Shown: positions 8,893 to 17,313 of the stretch, piece by piece
Position numbering within the stretch: position 1 is the first letter of the stretch
Layout: every line of letters starts with the position of its first letter
Source of the DNA: Candidatus Moraniibacteriota bacterium
GTDB lineage: Bacteria > Patescibacteriota > Minisyncoccia > Moranbacterales > UBA1568
Direction of reading: 5' to 3'
Assembly: GCA_037133435.1 (NCBI GenBank)
Contig: JBAXOD010000003.1
Location: 9,502 to 73,501, forward strand
DNA: 64,000 nt
Notes under the pieces: model-generated
Databases searched by the model: none
What the model was told of the DNA's origin: nothing
Seen by the model: only the letters and a program-made list of their open reading frames with translations
Made by a program: the position numbers and the translations under genes

Positions 8893-9570
8893 ATGATCAA
8901 GCCGGAACGAAAACCATACGGGTATCGGGATTTACTCGCCTATAAGAAGGCCGAGGAATTACAGTTTTCCTGTATGGAATTGACTCATGTGTTTCCGAGG
9001 ATAAAGACCTTGATCGCATTGGCCGATCAGATGGATCGCTCGGCGAGGTCGGTGAAACAGAATATCGTGGAAGGGTGGAAACGGAATTCGACGAAGGAGT
9101 ATTATGATTTCCTGGGATTTTCGATCGGGGCGAATACGGAATTGGAGGAGGATTGTGACGATATTTGGAAGGGGATGTACCCGGAATTGATGAGGGAAAG
9201 GGGTGTAATGGGATGGGAACAAAAGGACAAGATGGGTGAAAGGGAAGTAACGGGTCAGGATCAAGGAGGGGAAATGGGAGCAAAGAGAGGGTTGGATATC
9301 GAGAAATTGAAATTCTATCCGTTGGATGCGGGGTTGCCGAAAGTGGTACGATTGAAATTGAGATGCAAGGAATTGAATTTCCTACTCGATCGGCTTCAAA
9401 AATCGTTGATTGAAAAGATGAAAGAGGAAGAAACCCTTTCATGGAAAGATAAACGATTCCTTGTCAAAGACGTGAAGCGGAAGGAAGAAGACTACGATGA
9501 AAAGATACTTAGGGAAAACGGATTGAAACGCCTTGAGAACGGCCAAGTAGTGGAAGATACCGAAGTATAG
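8893..9570 (+). CDS. four-helix-bundle protein (23S rRNA IVS protein / Avd-like family) with a repetitive Gly/Glu/Lys-rich C-terminal extension
   Basis: The N-terminal ~110 aa (YRDLLAYKKAEELQFSCMELTHVFPR...LADQMDRSARSVKQNIVEGWKR...EYYDFLGFSIGANTELEE) fit the PF05635-like pattern. Imperfect inverted repeats (GGGTAATGG-like motifs) lie at about 8840-8870 and 9625-9657. Confidence 0.6.
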   Translation: MIKPERKPYGYRDLLAYKKAEELQFSCMELTHVFPRIKTLIALADQMDRSARSVKQNIVEGWKRNSTKEYYDFLGFSIGANTELEEDCDDIWKGMYPELMRERGVMGWEQKDKMGEREVTGQDQGGEMGAKRGLDIEKLKFYPLDAGLPKVVRLKLRCKELNFLLDRLQKSLIEKMKEEETLSWKDKRFLVKDVKRKEEDYDEKILRENGLKRLENGQVVEDTEV

Positions 9571-9657
9571 AAAACATCGATATTTCCATTACATCCATTA
9601 TTCTCCTTACTCCTTTTTCCCATTACGCCCTTCCCCCCCATTAACCCCATTTGTCTT

Positions 9658-12600
9658 ATGTCATTCAAGAAAATAGATTCGAAATCCGATTTCCCGAAGA
9701 TGGAAGAAGAGATGCTCGCCTATTGGAAAGAGCATGACGTCTTTTCGAAGTCGGTCGGGAAGGAAGCGCCGAAGGGAGATTTCGTGTTCTATGAGGGTCC
9801 GCCGACGGCGAACGGTAAACCGGGGCTGCACCACGTGCTCGCTCGGGCGTTCAAGGACGCCATTCCGCGCTACAAGACGATGAAGGGATACCGGGTGCGA
9901 CGCAAGGCCGGGTGGGATACGCACGGATTGCCTGTCGAGCTGCAGGTGGAGAAGGCGCTCGGACTGCGGAGCAAGCAGGATATCGAGAACATCATCCCTG
10001 GTGATGCGCGTGCGAGCGTCGTCGAGTTCAACAAAAAGTGCAAGGAATCCGTCTGGGAATATCGGGATCTGTGGGAGAAACTCACGGAACGCATGGGGTA
10101 CTGGGTGGACATGGAATATCCGTATGTCACCTATGAGGACAGCTATATCGAGTCGGTCTGGTGGCAATTTTCCAAGATCGCGGAGCAAAAGGACAAGGAC
10201 GGGAACGAGCTCCTCTACCGGGGACACAAGGTCGTGCCGTACTGTTACCGGTGCGGGACGGCGCTTTCCTCGCACGAGGTGGCGCAGGGATATCAGACCG
10301 TGAAGGATAATTCGGCGTACGTGAAATTCAAAGTGAAGCCGGGACAGAGGATCGGCAATTTCGTTTCGGACGAAAAGACCTATCTCGTCGCCTGGACGAC
10401 GACGCCGTGGACGCTCCCCGGGAACGTGGCCTTGGCGGTGAGAGAGGACGCGGAGTACTCCATAGGGAAACAGGATAAACCCGCTCATCTTGAAGGCGAG
10501 GAGTTTTCTTCGATTCAGGATGATACGGTGATTCTTCTCACTGAAACGGCGAGAACGGTGATCGGTGATGAGAAGGAGCCCTTTATCGCAACGGAAAAGA
10601 TCACCGGCAAGGATTTGTCGGGCACGGAGTATGAACCGCTCTTCGCCACTTCGGAAGAGGACAACGGCAAGATGTATCGCGTCGTGTCCGACGAAGTGGA
10701 CGGTCTGCACTTCATTACGACCGATACGGGGACGGGCATCGTTCATATCGCGCCGGCGTTCGGCGAGGACGATGCGAACGTCGCGAAAGTGAGCGGTCTA
10801 CCGACCTTGCATACCGTGGACCTCGAAGGGAAAATGATGAGCGGGATTCCCGGAGCCGGTGTCGCGGTCAAGAAAAAGAACGACAAGAACAGGTATGTGG
10901 TCGATGAACTCGTCATCGCCGATCTGCGCGAACGCGGGATGCTGCTCAAGGAGGAAATCTATGAACACGAGTATCCGTTCTGTTGGCGGTGCGAGACGCC
11001 ATTGATATATTTCGCCAAGCCGTCGTGGTTCATCGCTATGAGTACGCTCCGTGACGAGCTTTCGGAAAATGCCGAGGCGATATCGTGGGTGCCGGAGCAT
11101 ATCAAGGAGGGGCGTTTCGGGGAGTGGCTCAAGAGCGCCAAGGATTGGGCGATTTCGCGTGATCGATATTGGGGGACGCCGATCCCGGTGTGGGAATGTG
11201 CCGAATGCGGACGTCGTACGGTCATCGATTCGAAAGCGAGACTCGAGGAACTTTCCGGGAAGAAACCGGAGGACCTGCACAAGCCGTATATCGACGAGGT
11301 GGAGTGGCCGTGTGAATGCGGGCAGGGGACATGCCGGCGGACGCCCGAAGTGCTCGACGTGTGGTTCGATTCCGGAGCGATGCCTTTGGCACAGTACGGA
11401 TATCCGGCAAGCGCGACCGACGAGGAGAAAGACCTGATCGGCGAAGGAAAATACTTCCCGGCGGATTATATCAGCGAGGCGATCGATCAGACCCGCGGGT
11501 GGTTCTATACGCTCCATGCGATCGCGACTTTGCTTCGCAAAGCCGGTGTCGTCGTGACGGGGAATGCGTATCGGAACGTCGTCTGTCTGGGACATATTCT
11601 CGATTCGAAGGGAAAGAAGATGTCCAAATCGATTGGGAATGTCGTTGATCCGTTCGAGATGTTCGGGAAATACGGGGCGGATGCGCTCCGGTGGTATCTC
11701 TATTCCATCAATCAGCCGGGATTGCCGAAACGCTTCGACGAGAAAGGTATGCGCGACGTGATGAACCGGATTTTCCGGATGTTGTGGAATTCATATTCGT
11801 TCTTCACGACATATGCGTCGATCGACGGGTGGGAACCCCCCCGCAACTCTTCGGGTAGTGAGGTGGGCGGGCCGAAAGAAGATATGAAGGTTTCGGAAAA
11901 TATCCTTGACCGGTGGATCTTGTCCGAGTTGCAGGTGCTGATCCGAGAAGTCGACGAATCGCTTTCATCATACGACCTGTATTTGCCGACCGCCAAGATC
12001 GAATCGTTCATCGACGAACTGTCGAACTGGTATATCCGACGCAACCGCAAGCGGTTCTGGAAAAACGAGAACGACGGCGACAAGGACTCGGCTTATGCGA
12101 CCCTCTACGAGGTGCTTGTCACGCTTTCGAAACTCATGGCTCCGTTCACCCCGTTCATCTCTGAGGAGATCTATCGGAACCTGACTGCGGGCGAGTCGGT
12201 GCATCTTGCCTTGTGGCCGGAAGCGGATGAAGGAAGGATCGACGAGAAATTGGGGACGAATATGGCGGCTGTCAGGGAAATCGTGTCTGTCGGTTTACAG
12301 AAAAGGGCGGATGCCGGAATCAAAGTAAGGCAGCCTCTCGCCTCGATTTCTCTCGGAATAAAATACGAGGAATTATTCGGCACGATTTTCGATGAGAAGA
12401 ATCAGGATTCTTTCGTGAATATCATAGTGGAGGAGTTGAACGTGAAAAAAGTCGAACTGAACATATTGCAGGCACTGCTGAATGCGAACGAAGATATCCT
12501 TTTGGATCTTGATATAACGAACCAGCTTGCGCTTGAGGGAGAGGCGCGGGAAATCATCCGGGCGATCCAGGAAGGGCGCAAGAAAGCCGGATTCGAAGTG

Positions 12601-12801
12601 AATGATCGGATTACGATCGGCATCATCGGCAAAGAGACGGTATTCGATGGTGATGCGGAAGTTTCCGGATTCGGGGAAGAGATCGCTCACGAGACGCTCG
12701 CGACCGAAGTCGTCCGCGGCGATATCGAGGACGCGGACTATCGCGAAATCGCGAAGATCGAAGGGGAGATATTTTCCTTCGCGCTGAAACGGAATGTATG
12801 A
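9658..12801 (+). CDS. ileS: isoleucyl-tRNA synthetase
   Basis: 1047-aa protein with HIGH-region PPTANGKPGLHHVLARAFKD, KMSKS (KKMSKSIGN) and class Ia editing/CP1 architecture. Confidence 0.92.
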   Translation: MSFKKIDSKSDFPKMEEEMLAYWKEHDVFSKSVGKEAPKGDFVFYEGPPTANGKPGLHHVLARAFKDAIPRYKTMKGYRVRRKAGWDTHGLPVELQVEKALGLRSKQDIENIIPGDARASVVEFNKKCKESVWEYRDLWEKLTERMGYWVDMEYPYVTYEDSYIESVWWQFSKIAEQKDKDGNELLYRGHKVVPYCYRCGTALSSHEVAQGYQTVKDNSAYVKFKVKPGQRIGNFVSDEKTYLVAWTTTPWTLPGNVALAVREDAEYSIGKQDKPAHLEGEEFSSIQDDTVILLTETARTVIGDEKEPFIATEKITGKDLSGTEYEPLFATSEEDNGKMYRVVSDEVDGLHFITTDTGTGIVHIAPAFGEDDANVAKVSGLPTLHTVDLEGKMMSGIPGAGVAVKKKNDKNRYVVDELVIADLRERGMLLKEEIYEHEYPFCWRCETPLIYFAKPSWFIAMSTLRDELSENAEAISWVPEHIKEGRFGEWLKSAKDWAISRDRYWGTPIPVWECAECGRRTVIDSKARLEELSGKKPEDLHKPYIDEVEWPCECGQGTCRRTPEVLDVWFDSGAMPLAQYGYPASATDEEKDLIGEGKYFPADYISEAIDQTRGWFYTLHAIATLLRKAGVVVTGNAYRNVVCLGHILDSKGKKMSKSIGNVVDPFEMFGKYGADALRWYLYSINQPGLPKRFDEKGMRDVMNRIFRMLWNSYSFFTTYASIDGWEPPRNSSGSEVGGPKEDMKVSENILDRWILSELQVLIREVDESLSSYDLYLPTAKIESFIDELSNWYIRRNRKRFWKNENDGDKDSAYATLYEVLVTLSKLMAPFTPFISEEIYRNLTAGESVHLALWPEADEGRIDEKLGTNMAAVREIVSVGLQKRADAGIKVRQPLASISLGIKYEELFGTIFDEKNQDSFVNIIVEELNVKKVELNILQALLNANEDILLDLDITNQLALEGEAREIIRAIQEGRKKAGFEVNDRITIGIIGKETVFDGDAEVSGFGEEIAHETLATEVVRGDIEDADYREIAKIEGEIFSFALKRNV
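11836..11873 (+). repeat. palindromic hairpin element inserted in-frame in ileS
   Basis: The DNA ccccccgcaactcttcgggtagtgaggtgggcgggccg encodes PPRNSSGSEVGGP. It is related to the copies at 4209, 22885, 34620 and 48059. Confidence 0.5.
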
Positions 12802-13307
12802 GCAGGGTAATCATATTTTGTGGCTTACCAGGTTCGGGGAAGACGACTCTAGCATCCGAGGTTTCACGACGGATGAACATATTCTGTCTGCATAAGGATG
12901 CGATCAAGGAACGTTTGTATGGGTATCTGAACGGTACGAGTCTTGAGGATAGTCGAAGGATCGGATTTCATTCCATACGACTCCTCGTTGACCTGGCTGA
13001 TGACGCAATGAAGAACGGAACCGATATTATCATCGAGTCGACGTTCAATCATCCGGACAATGTCGAGCAATTCATAAAATGGGTGGCAGAAGGGCTGGAT
13101 GTAAGAGTAGTTGTGTGTCAGGTGGACGAAGAGGAACGTAAGCGGAGGTTCGTTAGTCGTCCTCGGCATGAGGCGTATCATGGCACGGAGAGAACCTTTT
13201 CAGAGGAGATATTTGATTACGGATTGATGACTGGAAAGAGTCTCGTGCTGGATACCGGAAGACCGCTTGCGGAAATCGTCGGGGAAGTGATGATATTTCT
13301 TTCGTGA
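12798..13307 (+). CDS. P-loop NTPase (AAA_33 / zeta-toxin-like kinase family)
   Basis: Walker A motif GLPGSGKTT near the N-terminus. 169 aa. Its start overlaps the ileS stop. Confidence 0.55.
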   Translation: MSRVIIFCGLPGSGKTTLASEVSRRMNIFCLHKDAIKERLYGYLNGTSLEDSRRIGFHSIRLLVDLADDAMKNGTDIIIESTFNHPDNVEQFIKWVAEGLDVRVVVCQVDEEERKRRFVSRPRHEAYHGTERTFSEEIFDYGLMTGKSLVLDTGRPLAEIVGEVMIFLS

Positions 13308-13328
13308 TGTAATGTTCTTGCCACGCTC

Positions 13329-14045
13329 ATGGAACTCCGACTGACCGCTATCATTCTTCGCAAACGGGAGATAGGCGAGACCGATCGCCTGTATACTTTT
13401 TTCACGCGCGAGATGGGCAAAGTGCAGGCCAGGGCGGTGGGCGTCCGCAAGCCGACCGCCAAGCTCGCCGCCGCGCTTGAGACACTCACGCTCTCGGACG
13501 TGACGGTCGTGCGCGGTCGCGGTATCGGCAAGGTGGCGGGTGCGATCGCGGAGGAATCGTTTCCGGCGCTTCGGGGCGAATACGGCGTTCTTTCGACGGG
13601 GCTCGAAACGGCCGCGGTCTTCGATCGGCTTGTGGGGCTCGAACAGCCCGATCAGACGCTGTTTTTTATGTTGTCGGAGTACCTGTCGCTTTTGGACATG
13701 TTGGCCCGAACGGGACGATCGTCCGAGGTACTACTGCTGACCGAGGCATTTTTCGTGAAAACGCTCGACGAACTCGGATACAGGATAGAGGCGGATGCGT
13801 GTGCGGTATCGGGAATGGCGCTCAACCGGGGAAACCGGTGTCTCTTCAGTCCCGAAGCGGGCGGTATCGTCACGGAGGAACACGCGGGATCGGATGCCGT
13901 GCCGATCGGCGAGAACGCGGTGAAACTCATCCGCCTCTTTCTCGGTAACAGACTCCCGTCCATTCCCAAGATACGTGCCGGAGTCGGTGATCTCGCGGAA
14001 GTGTCCCGGATCCGGAAACTGTTCCTCGATCGGGTGGTCCGATGA
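13329..14045 (+). CDS. recO: DNA repair protein RecO
   Basis: N-terminal OB-fold pattern (AIILRKREIGETDRLYTFFTREMGKVQARAVGVRK) and a C-terminal Cys-containing region (CAVSG...RC). About 238 aa. Confidence 0.7.
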   Translation: MELRLTAIILRKREIGETDRLYTFFTREMGKVQARAVGVRKPTAKLAAALETLTLSDVTVVRGRGIGKVAGAIAEESFPALRGEYGVLSTGLETAAVFDRLVGLEQPDQTLFFMLSEYLSLLDMLARTGRSSEVLLLTEAFFVKTLDELGYRIEADACAVSGMALNRGNRCLFSPEAGGIVTEEHAGSDAVPIGENAVKLIRLFLGNRLPSIPKIRAGVGDLAEVSRIRKLFLDRVVR

Positions 14046-14107
14046 CGGGTACTCCGCTTCGGGGGGATTTTCTGGTATACTGAATATGGAAAATAAAACC
14101 TACCCAT

Positions 14108-16024
14108 ATGGCGTTGCAAGATCTGAACGAGGACCTTCATCAGCACGATTTCAAGAGCGACCGCGACATGCGGACGATATACGACCCGGGAGATACCCGG
14201 AAGGATAGGCTCGAGCAGGTCGATTTTCATGCGAAGAAGTGGGACGAGACGCAGATACCGGTCCGCAAGACCGTCATGCAGCGTTTTTTCGAGTTTTCGA
14301 CGAAACATTGGCGCTGGTATGTGGCCGGGATATTTCTCCTGACCGTCACCGGATTCATATTCAATTTCTCTTTTTTCGGCTCATTCCTGTTCTCGGGCGA
14401 CCGGGTCGCGGTCACGGTCGAAGGTCCGACCGAGGTGGCGAGCGGGGTCGTGGTTTCGTATACCGTTCATTGGGAGAATCGGAACATGCTCGGAGCCAGC
14501 AACGCGCAAGTCATGATCCAATTGCCGGACACGTTCCGGATGGATCCGTCGGAGGGTTTTTCGGTGAACGGAAATACGGCGACGGCTTCGGTCGGAACCA
14601 TTGGGAACTTCGGGTCCGGACAGCTGAAATTTTCCGGAAAATTCTACGGATCGAAAGGGGAACTCTCCTACCTGCATCCCAAAATCCGGTTCTCGCCGGC
14701 GGGTCTTTCGATCGTCTATGAGTCGGAAAGTCAGACCGGCGTCACGATCGCCTCGTCGCCGTTGTTTTTGGAGGTGGTCGGACCCTTGGAAGCCGCATCG
14801 GGCAACGATGTCACGTATGATATAACGTATCGCAACGACAGTGATGTGGCGTATTCGAATCTTCGTCTCGTGACCGAATATCCCGAAGGCTTCGAGTTCC
14901 GTGATGCCGATCCGCGTCCGATCGAGGGTGACAGTAAATGGCGGATCGGAAATCTGGCACCCGGTCAGAGCGGGAAAATCCAGGTACACGGGATATTGGG
15001 CGGGGACAGCAACCAAGGGAAGGTGATGTACGCGTCGATCGGTGTCCTGCAGGGGGATGGATCTTTCGTCACGTATGAGAAAAAGGAGCGGTTGATCCGT
15101 ATGGTCGTGAGTCCGCTCAGGATCGTCCAGAAGGTGAACGGAAAAGCCGATCTCTCCGCGAATCAGGGCGATTTGCTCGCGTATGAACTGACCTACAAGA
15201 ATCAGGGTGATGTCGGACTCCGGAACGTGATCGTCACGCTCGATGTGGATGCCACGCTACTCGACATGACGATGCTGCGGCTCAATAATCAGGGATCGTT
15301 CGATGTCGCGAAAAGCAGGATCACCTGGACCGCGGCCGATTTTCCGGGCTTGGCCTATCTCGGTCCGAACGAGGGCGGGACCATAACGTTCATGGTACCA
15401 GTAAAGGCGAATGTCGCGACGACCGGTCAGACGGGAAAATATCCCACGATCAAGACGACCGCGAAGATCGACAGTCCCGACGTGCCGTTTACGGCGGGAC
15501 AGAATAAGATCATCGTGAGCAGTTCGCTCGAAGTCCGCATCGGTTCGACCGTCGAATTTTCGGTGCTTGGGTTCAATACCGATACGGCGATACCGAATAC
15601 CGGCCCGATTCCGCCGAAAGTCGGTCAGGAGACGACCTACATGCTCCGTATCAGCGCGACGAATTATCTCAATGACCTCGCCGGAACGAAGGTGACGATG
15701 ACGTTGCCGACCGGTTCCCGATATACGGGGAAATTCCTGCCGGAGGATTCCTCTCTGGATTATAATGAGCGTACGAGACAGTTGATATGGGATATCGGAA
15801 GTCTGCCCGGGGGTGGTCGGGTTTCCCGCGACTTGTCGGTGCAGGTCGCCATCACGCCCGGACCGGATCAGATAAACCAGGCGCCGGAACTTCTGCAATC
15901 GGCGATTCTCGATGCGCGTGACACCTTCACCGACGGGGATATCCATCTCACGTTGCCCGGGAAGACGACGGATCTCAAGGAAGACAAAGGTATCCCATGG
16001 AACGGATATTCCGTCGTGCCATAA
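14108..16024 (+). CDS. membrane-anchored protein with repeated DUF11-like beta-sandwich domains
   Basis: One N-terminal TM helix (WRWYVAGIFLLTVTGFIFNFSFFGSFLF) followed by at least 4 repeats of a ~110-aa unit of the form ...VxGPxEAASGNDVTYDITYRNDSDV. Confidence 0.5.
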   Translation: MALQDLNEDLHQHDFKSDRDMRTIYDPGDTRKDRLEQVDFHAKKWDETQIPVRKTVMQRFFEFSTKHWRWYVAGIFLLTVTGFIFNFSFFGSFLFSGDRVAVTVEGPTEVASGVVVSYTVHWENRNMLGASNAQVMIQLPDTFRMDPSEGFSVNGNTATASVGTIGNFGSGQLKFSGKFYGSKGELSYLHPKIRFSPAGLSIVYESESQTGVTIASSPLFLEVVGPLEAASGNDVTYDITYRNDSDVAYSNLRLVTEYPEGFEFRDADPRPIEGDSKWRIGNLAPGQSGKIQVHGILGGDSNQGKVMYASIGVLQGDGSFVTYEKKERLIRMVVSPLRIVQKVNGKADLSANQGDLLAYELTYKNQGDVGLRNVIVTLDVDATLLDMTMLRLNNQGSFDVAKSRITWTAADFPGLAYLGPNEGGTITFMVPVKANVATTGQTGKYPTIKTTAKIDSPDVPFTAGQNKIIVSSSLEVRIGSTVEFSVLGFNTDTAIPNTGPIPPKVGQETTYMLRISATNYLNDLAGTKVTMTLPTGSRYTGKFLPEDSSLDYNERTRQLIWDIGSLPGGGRVSRDLSVQVAITPGPDQINQAPELLQSAILDARDTFTDGDIHLTLPGKTTDLKEDKGIPWNGYSVVP

Positions 16025-16054
16025 AGAGTGATTGAGATTTGAACGGTAACCGAT

Positions 16055-17200
16055 ATGTTCACGATCGGGACGGACAACGGCCACGGCCGCACGGGCACGC
16101 TTCGGACGGGGTCGGGGAGGATTCCTACCCCGTTTTTCATGCCGGATGCGACACGCGCGGCGGTTCGCGGGACGACCGCGGCCGAAATCGCGCAATCCGG
16201 CATCGGGGCGATCGTCGTCAATACGTATCACCTCATGCTTCAGCCCGGGGCGATGCTCGTTCGCGATGCCGGCGGAATCCATCGGTTCATGGGGTGGGAG
16301 GGCCCCGTACTTTCCGATTCGGGAGGATATCAGATCTATTCGCTGATTCATCGGAATCCGGAAATGGGAAAGATCACCGAGGAGGGAGCCGAATTCAAGT
16401 CTGTACTCGACGGCTCGAAACACCTGCTGACACCCGAGCGGGCGATCGCGATCCAATTCGATCTCGGCGTGGATATGATGGTCGTCCTCGATGATCCGCG
16501 TCCGAACGACGTGCCGGAAACCGAAATTTCCGAGGCGGTCGAACGCACGATCCGTTGGGCGAAACGGAGCCGGGAGGAATTCGATCGGCAGATCGCGGCG
16601 CGTGGATTGTCCGACGAGTCCAGGCCGCTTCTCTTCGGGGTCGTGCAAGGCGGTATGTTTCCCGAGTTGCGGACCCGCTGTGCGGAAGGGCTTCGTGAGA
16701 TCGGTTTCGACGGATACGGGTTCGGTGGCCGTCACGTCGATGCGGAGGGGAATTTCCTCGAGGATATAGTGCGTCATACCGCGGCCGTCATTCCCGTAGA
16801 AAGCGTCCGATTCGCGCTCGGAGTGGGTACTCCCGAGGATATCGTCCGCTGTCATGCGCTCGGTTGGGATATGTTCGATTGCGTGATCCCGACGCGGGAA
16901 GGAAGACACGGGAGACTCTTTCTTCGGAAGAAAAAACTGACAACTGACAACTTACAACTGACGACGGGGGATTTTTACGAAACGATCAATATACACAATG
17001 AGCGGTTCACGGCGGATTTCACGCCGATCGATCCGGACTGCGATTGTCCGCTGTGTGCGAACCACACTGCCAGTTACCTGCATCACCTGTTCCGCGTGAA
17101 CGATCCGCTCGGCAGCCGGCTCGCGTCGACGCACAATCTCCGTTTCTACGCGCGACTTATGGAGCAACTGCATAAAGAAAAAGTGAAGACGGAAGAATAA
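16055..17200 (+). CDS. tgt: queuine tRNA-ribosyltransferase
   Basis: TGT motifs PDATRAAVRG, YHLMLQPG, LGVDMMVVLDD and the zinc site CDCPLCANHTASYLHHL. Carries an in-frame heptamer-repeat insertion (KLTTDNLQLTTG). Confidence 0.85.
   Translation: MFTIGTDNGHGRTGTLRTGSGRIPTPFFMPDATRAAVRGTTAAEIAQSGIGAIVVNTYHLMLQPGAMLVRDAGGIHRFMGWEGPVLSDSGGYQIYSLIHRNPEMGKITEEGAEFKSVLDGSKHLLTPERAIAIQFDLGVDMMVVLDDPRPNDVPETEISEAVERTIRWAKRSREEFDRQIAARGLSDESRPLLFGVVQGGMFPELRTRCAEGLREIGFDGYGFGGRHVDAEGNFLEDIVRHTAAVIPVESVRFALGVGTPEDIVRCHALGWDMFDCVIPTREGRHGRLFLRKKKLTTDNLQLTTGDFYETINIHNERFTADFTPIDPDCDCPLCANHTASYLHHLFRVNDPLGSRLASTHNLRFYARLMEQLHKEKVKTEE
16936..16965 (+). repeat. ACAACTN heptamer array inside tgt coding sequence (in frame)
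   Basis: actgacaactgacaacttacaactgacgacggggg encodes LTTDNLQLTTG between the conserved PTREGRHGRLF and DPDCDC segments. The same array type is common in intergenic spacers. Confidence 0.55.
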
Positions 17201-17313
17201 ATGACGTTCCGTATCGTTCGGTTTAAGATGATTTGTTGTCAGTTGCCCGCTCGCGATGACGAGCAGGTCCGCCACGGGGATGACGCGGATAAGTCGTAAG
17301 TCATGCGAATCAT

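Noticed and set aside
14108-16024. The DUF11-repeat membrane protein as a second DGR target
   Set aside because: No sequence resembling the TR or IMH was found in or near it by eye.
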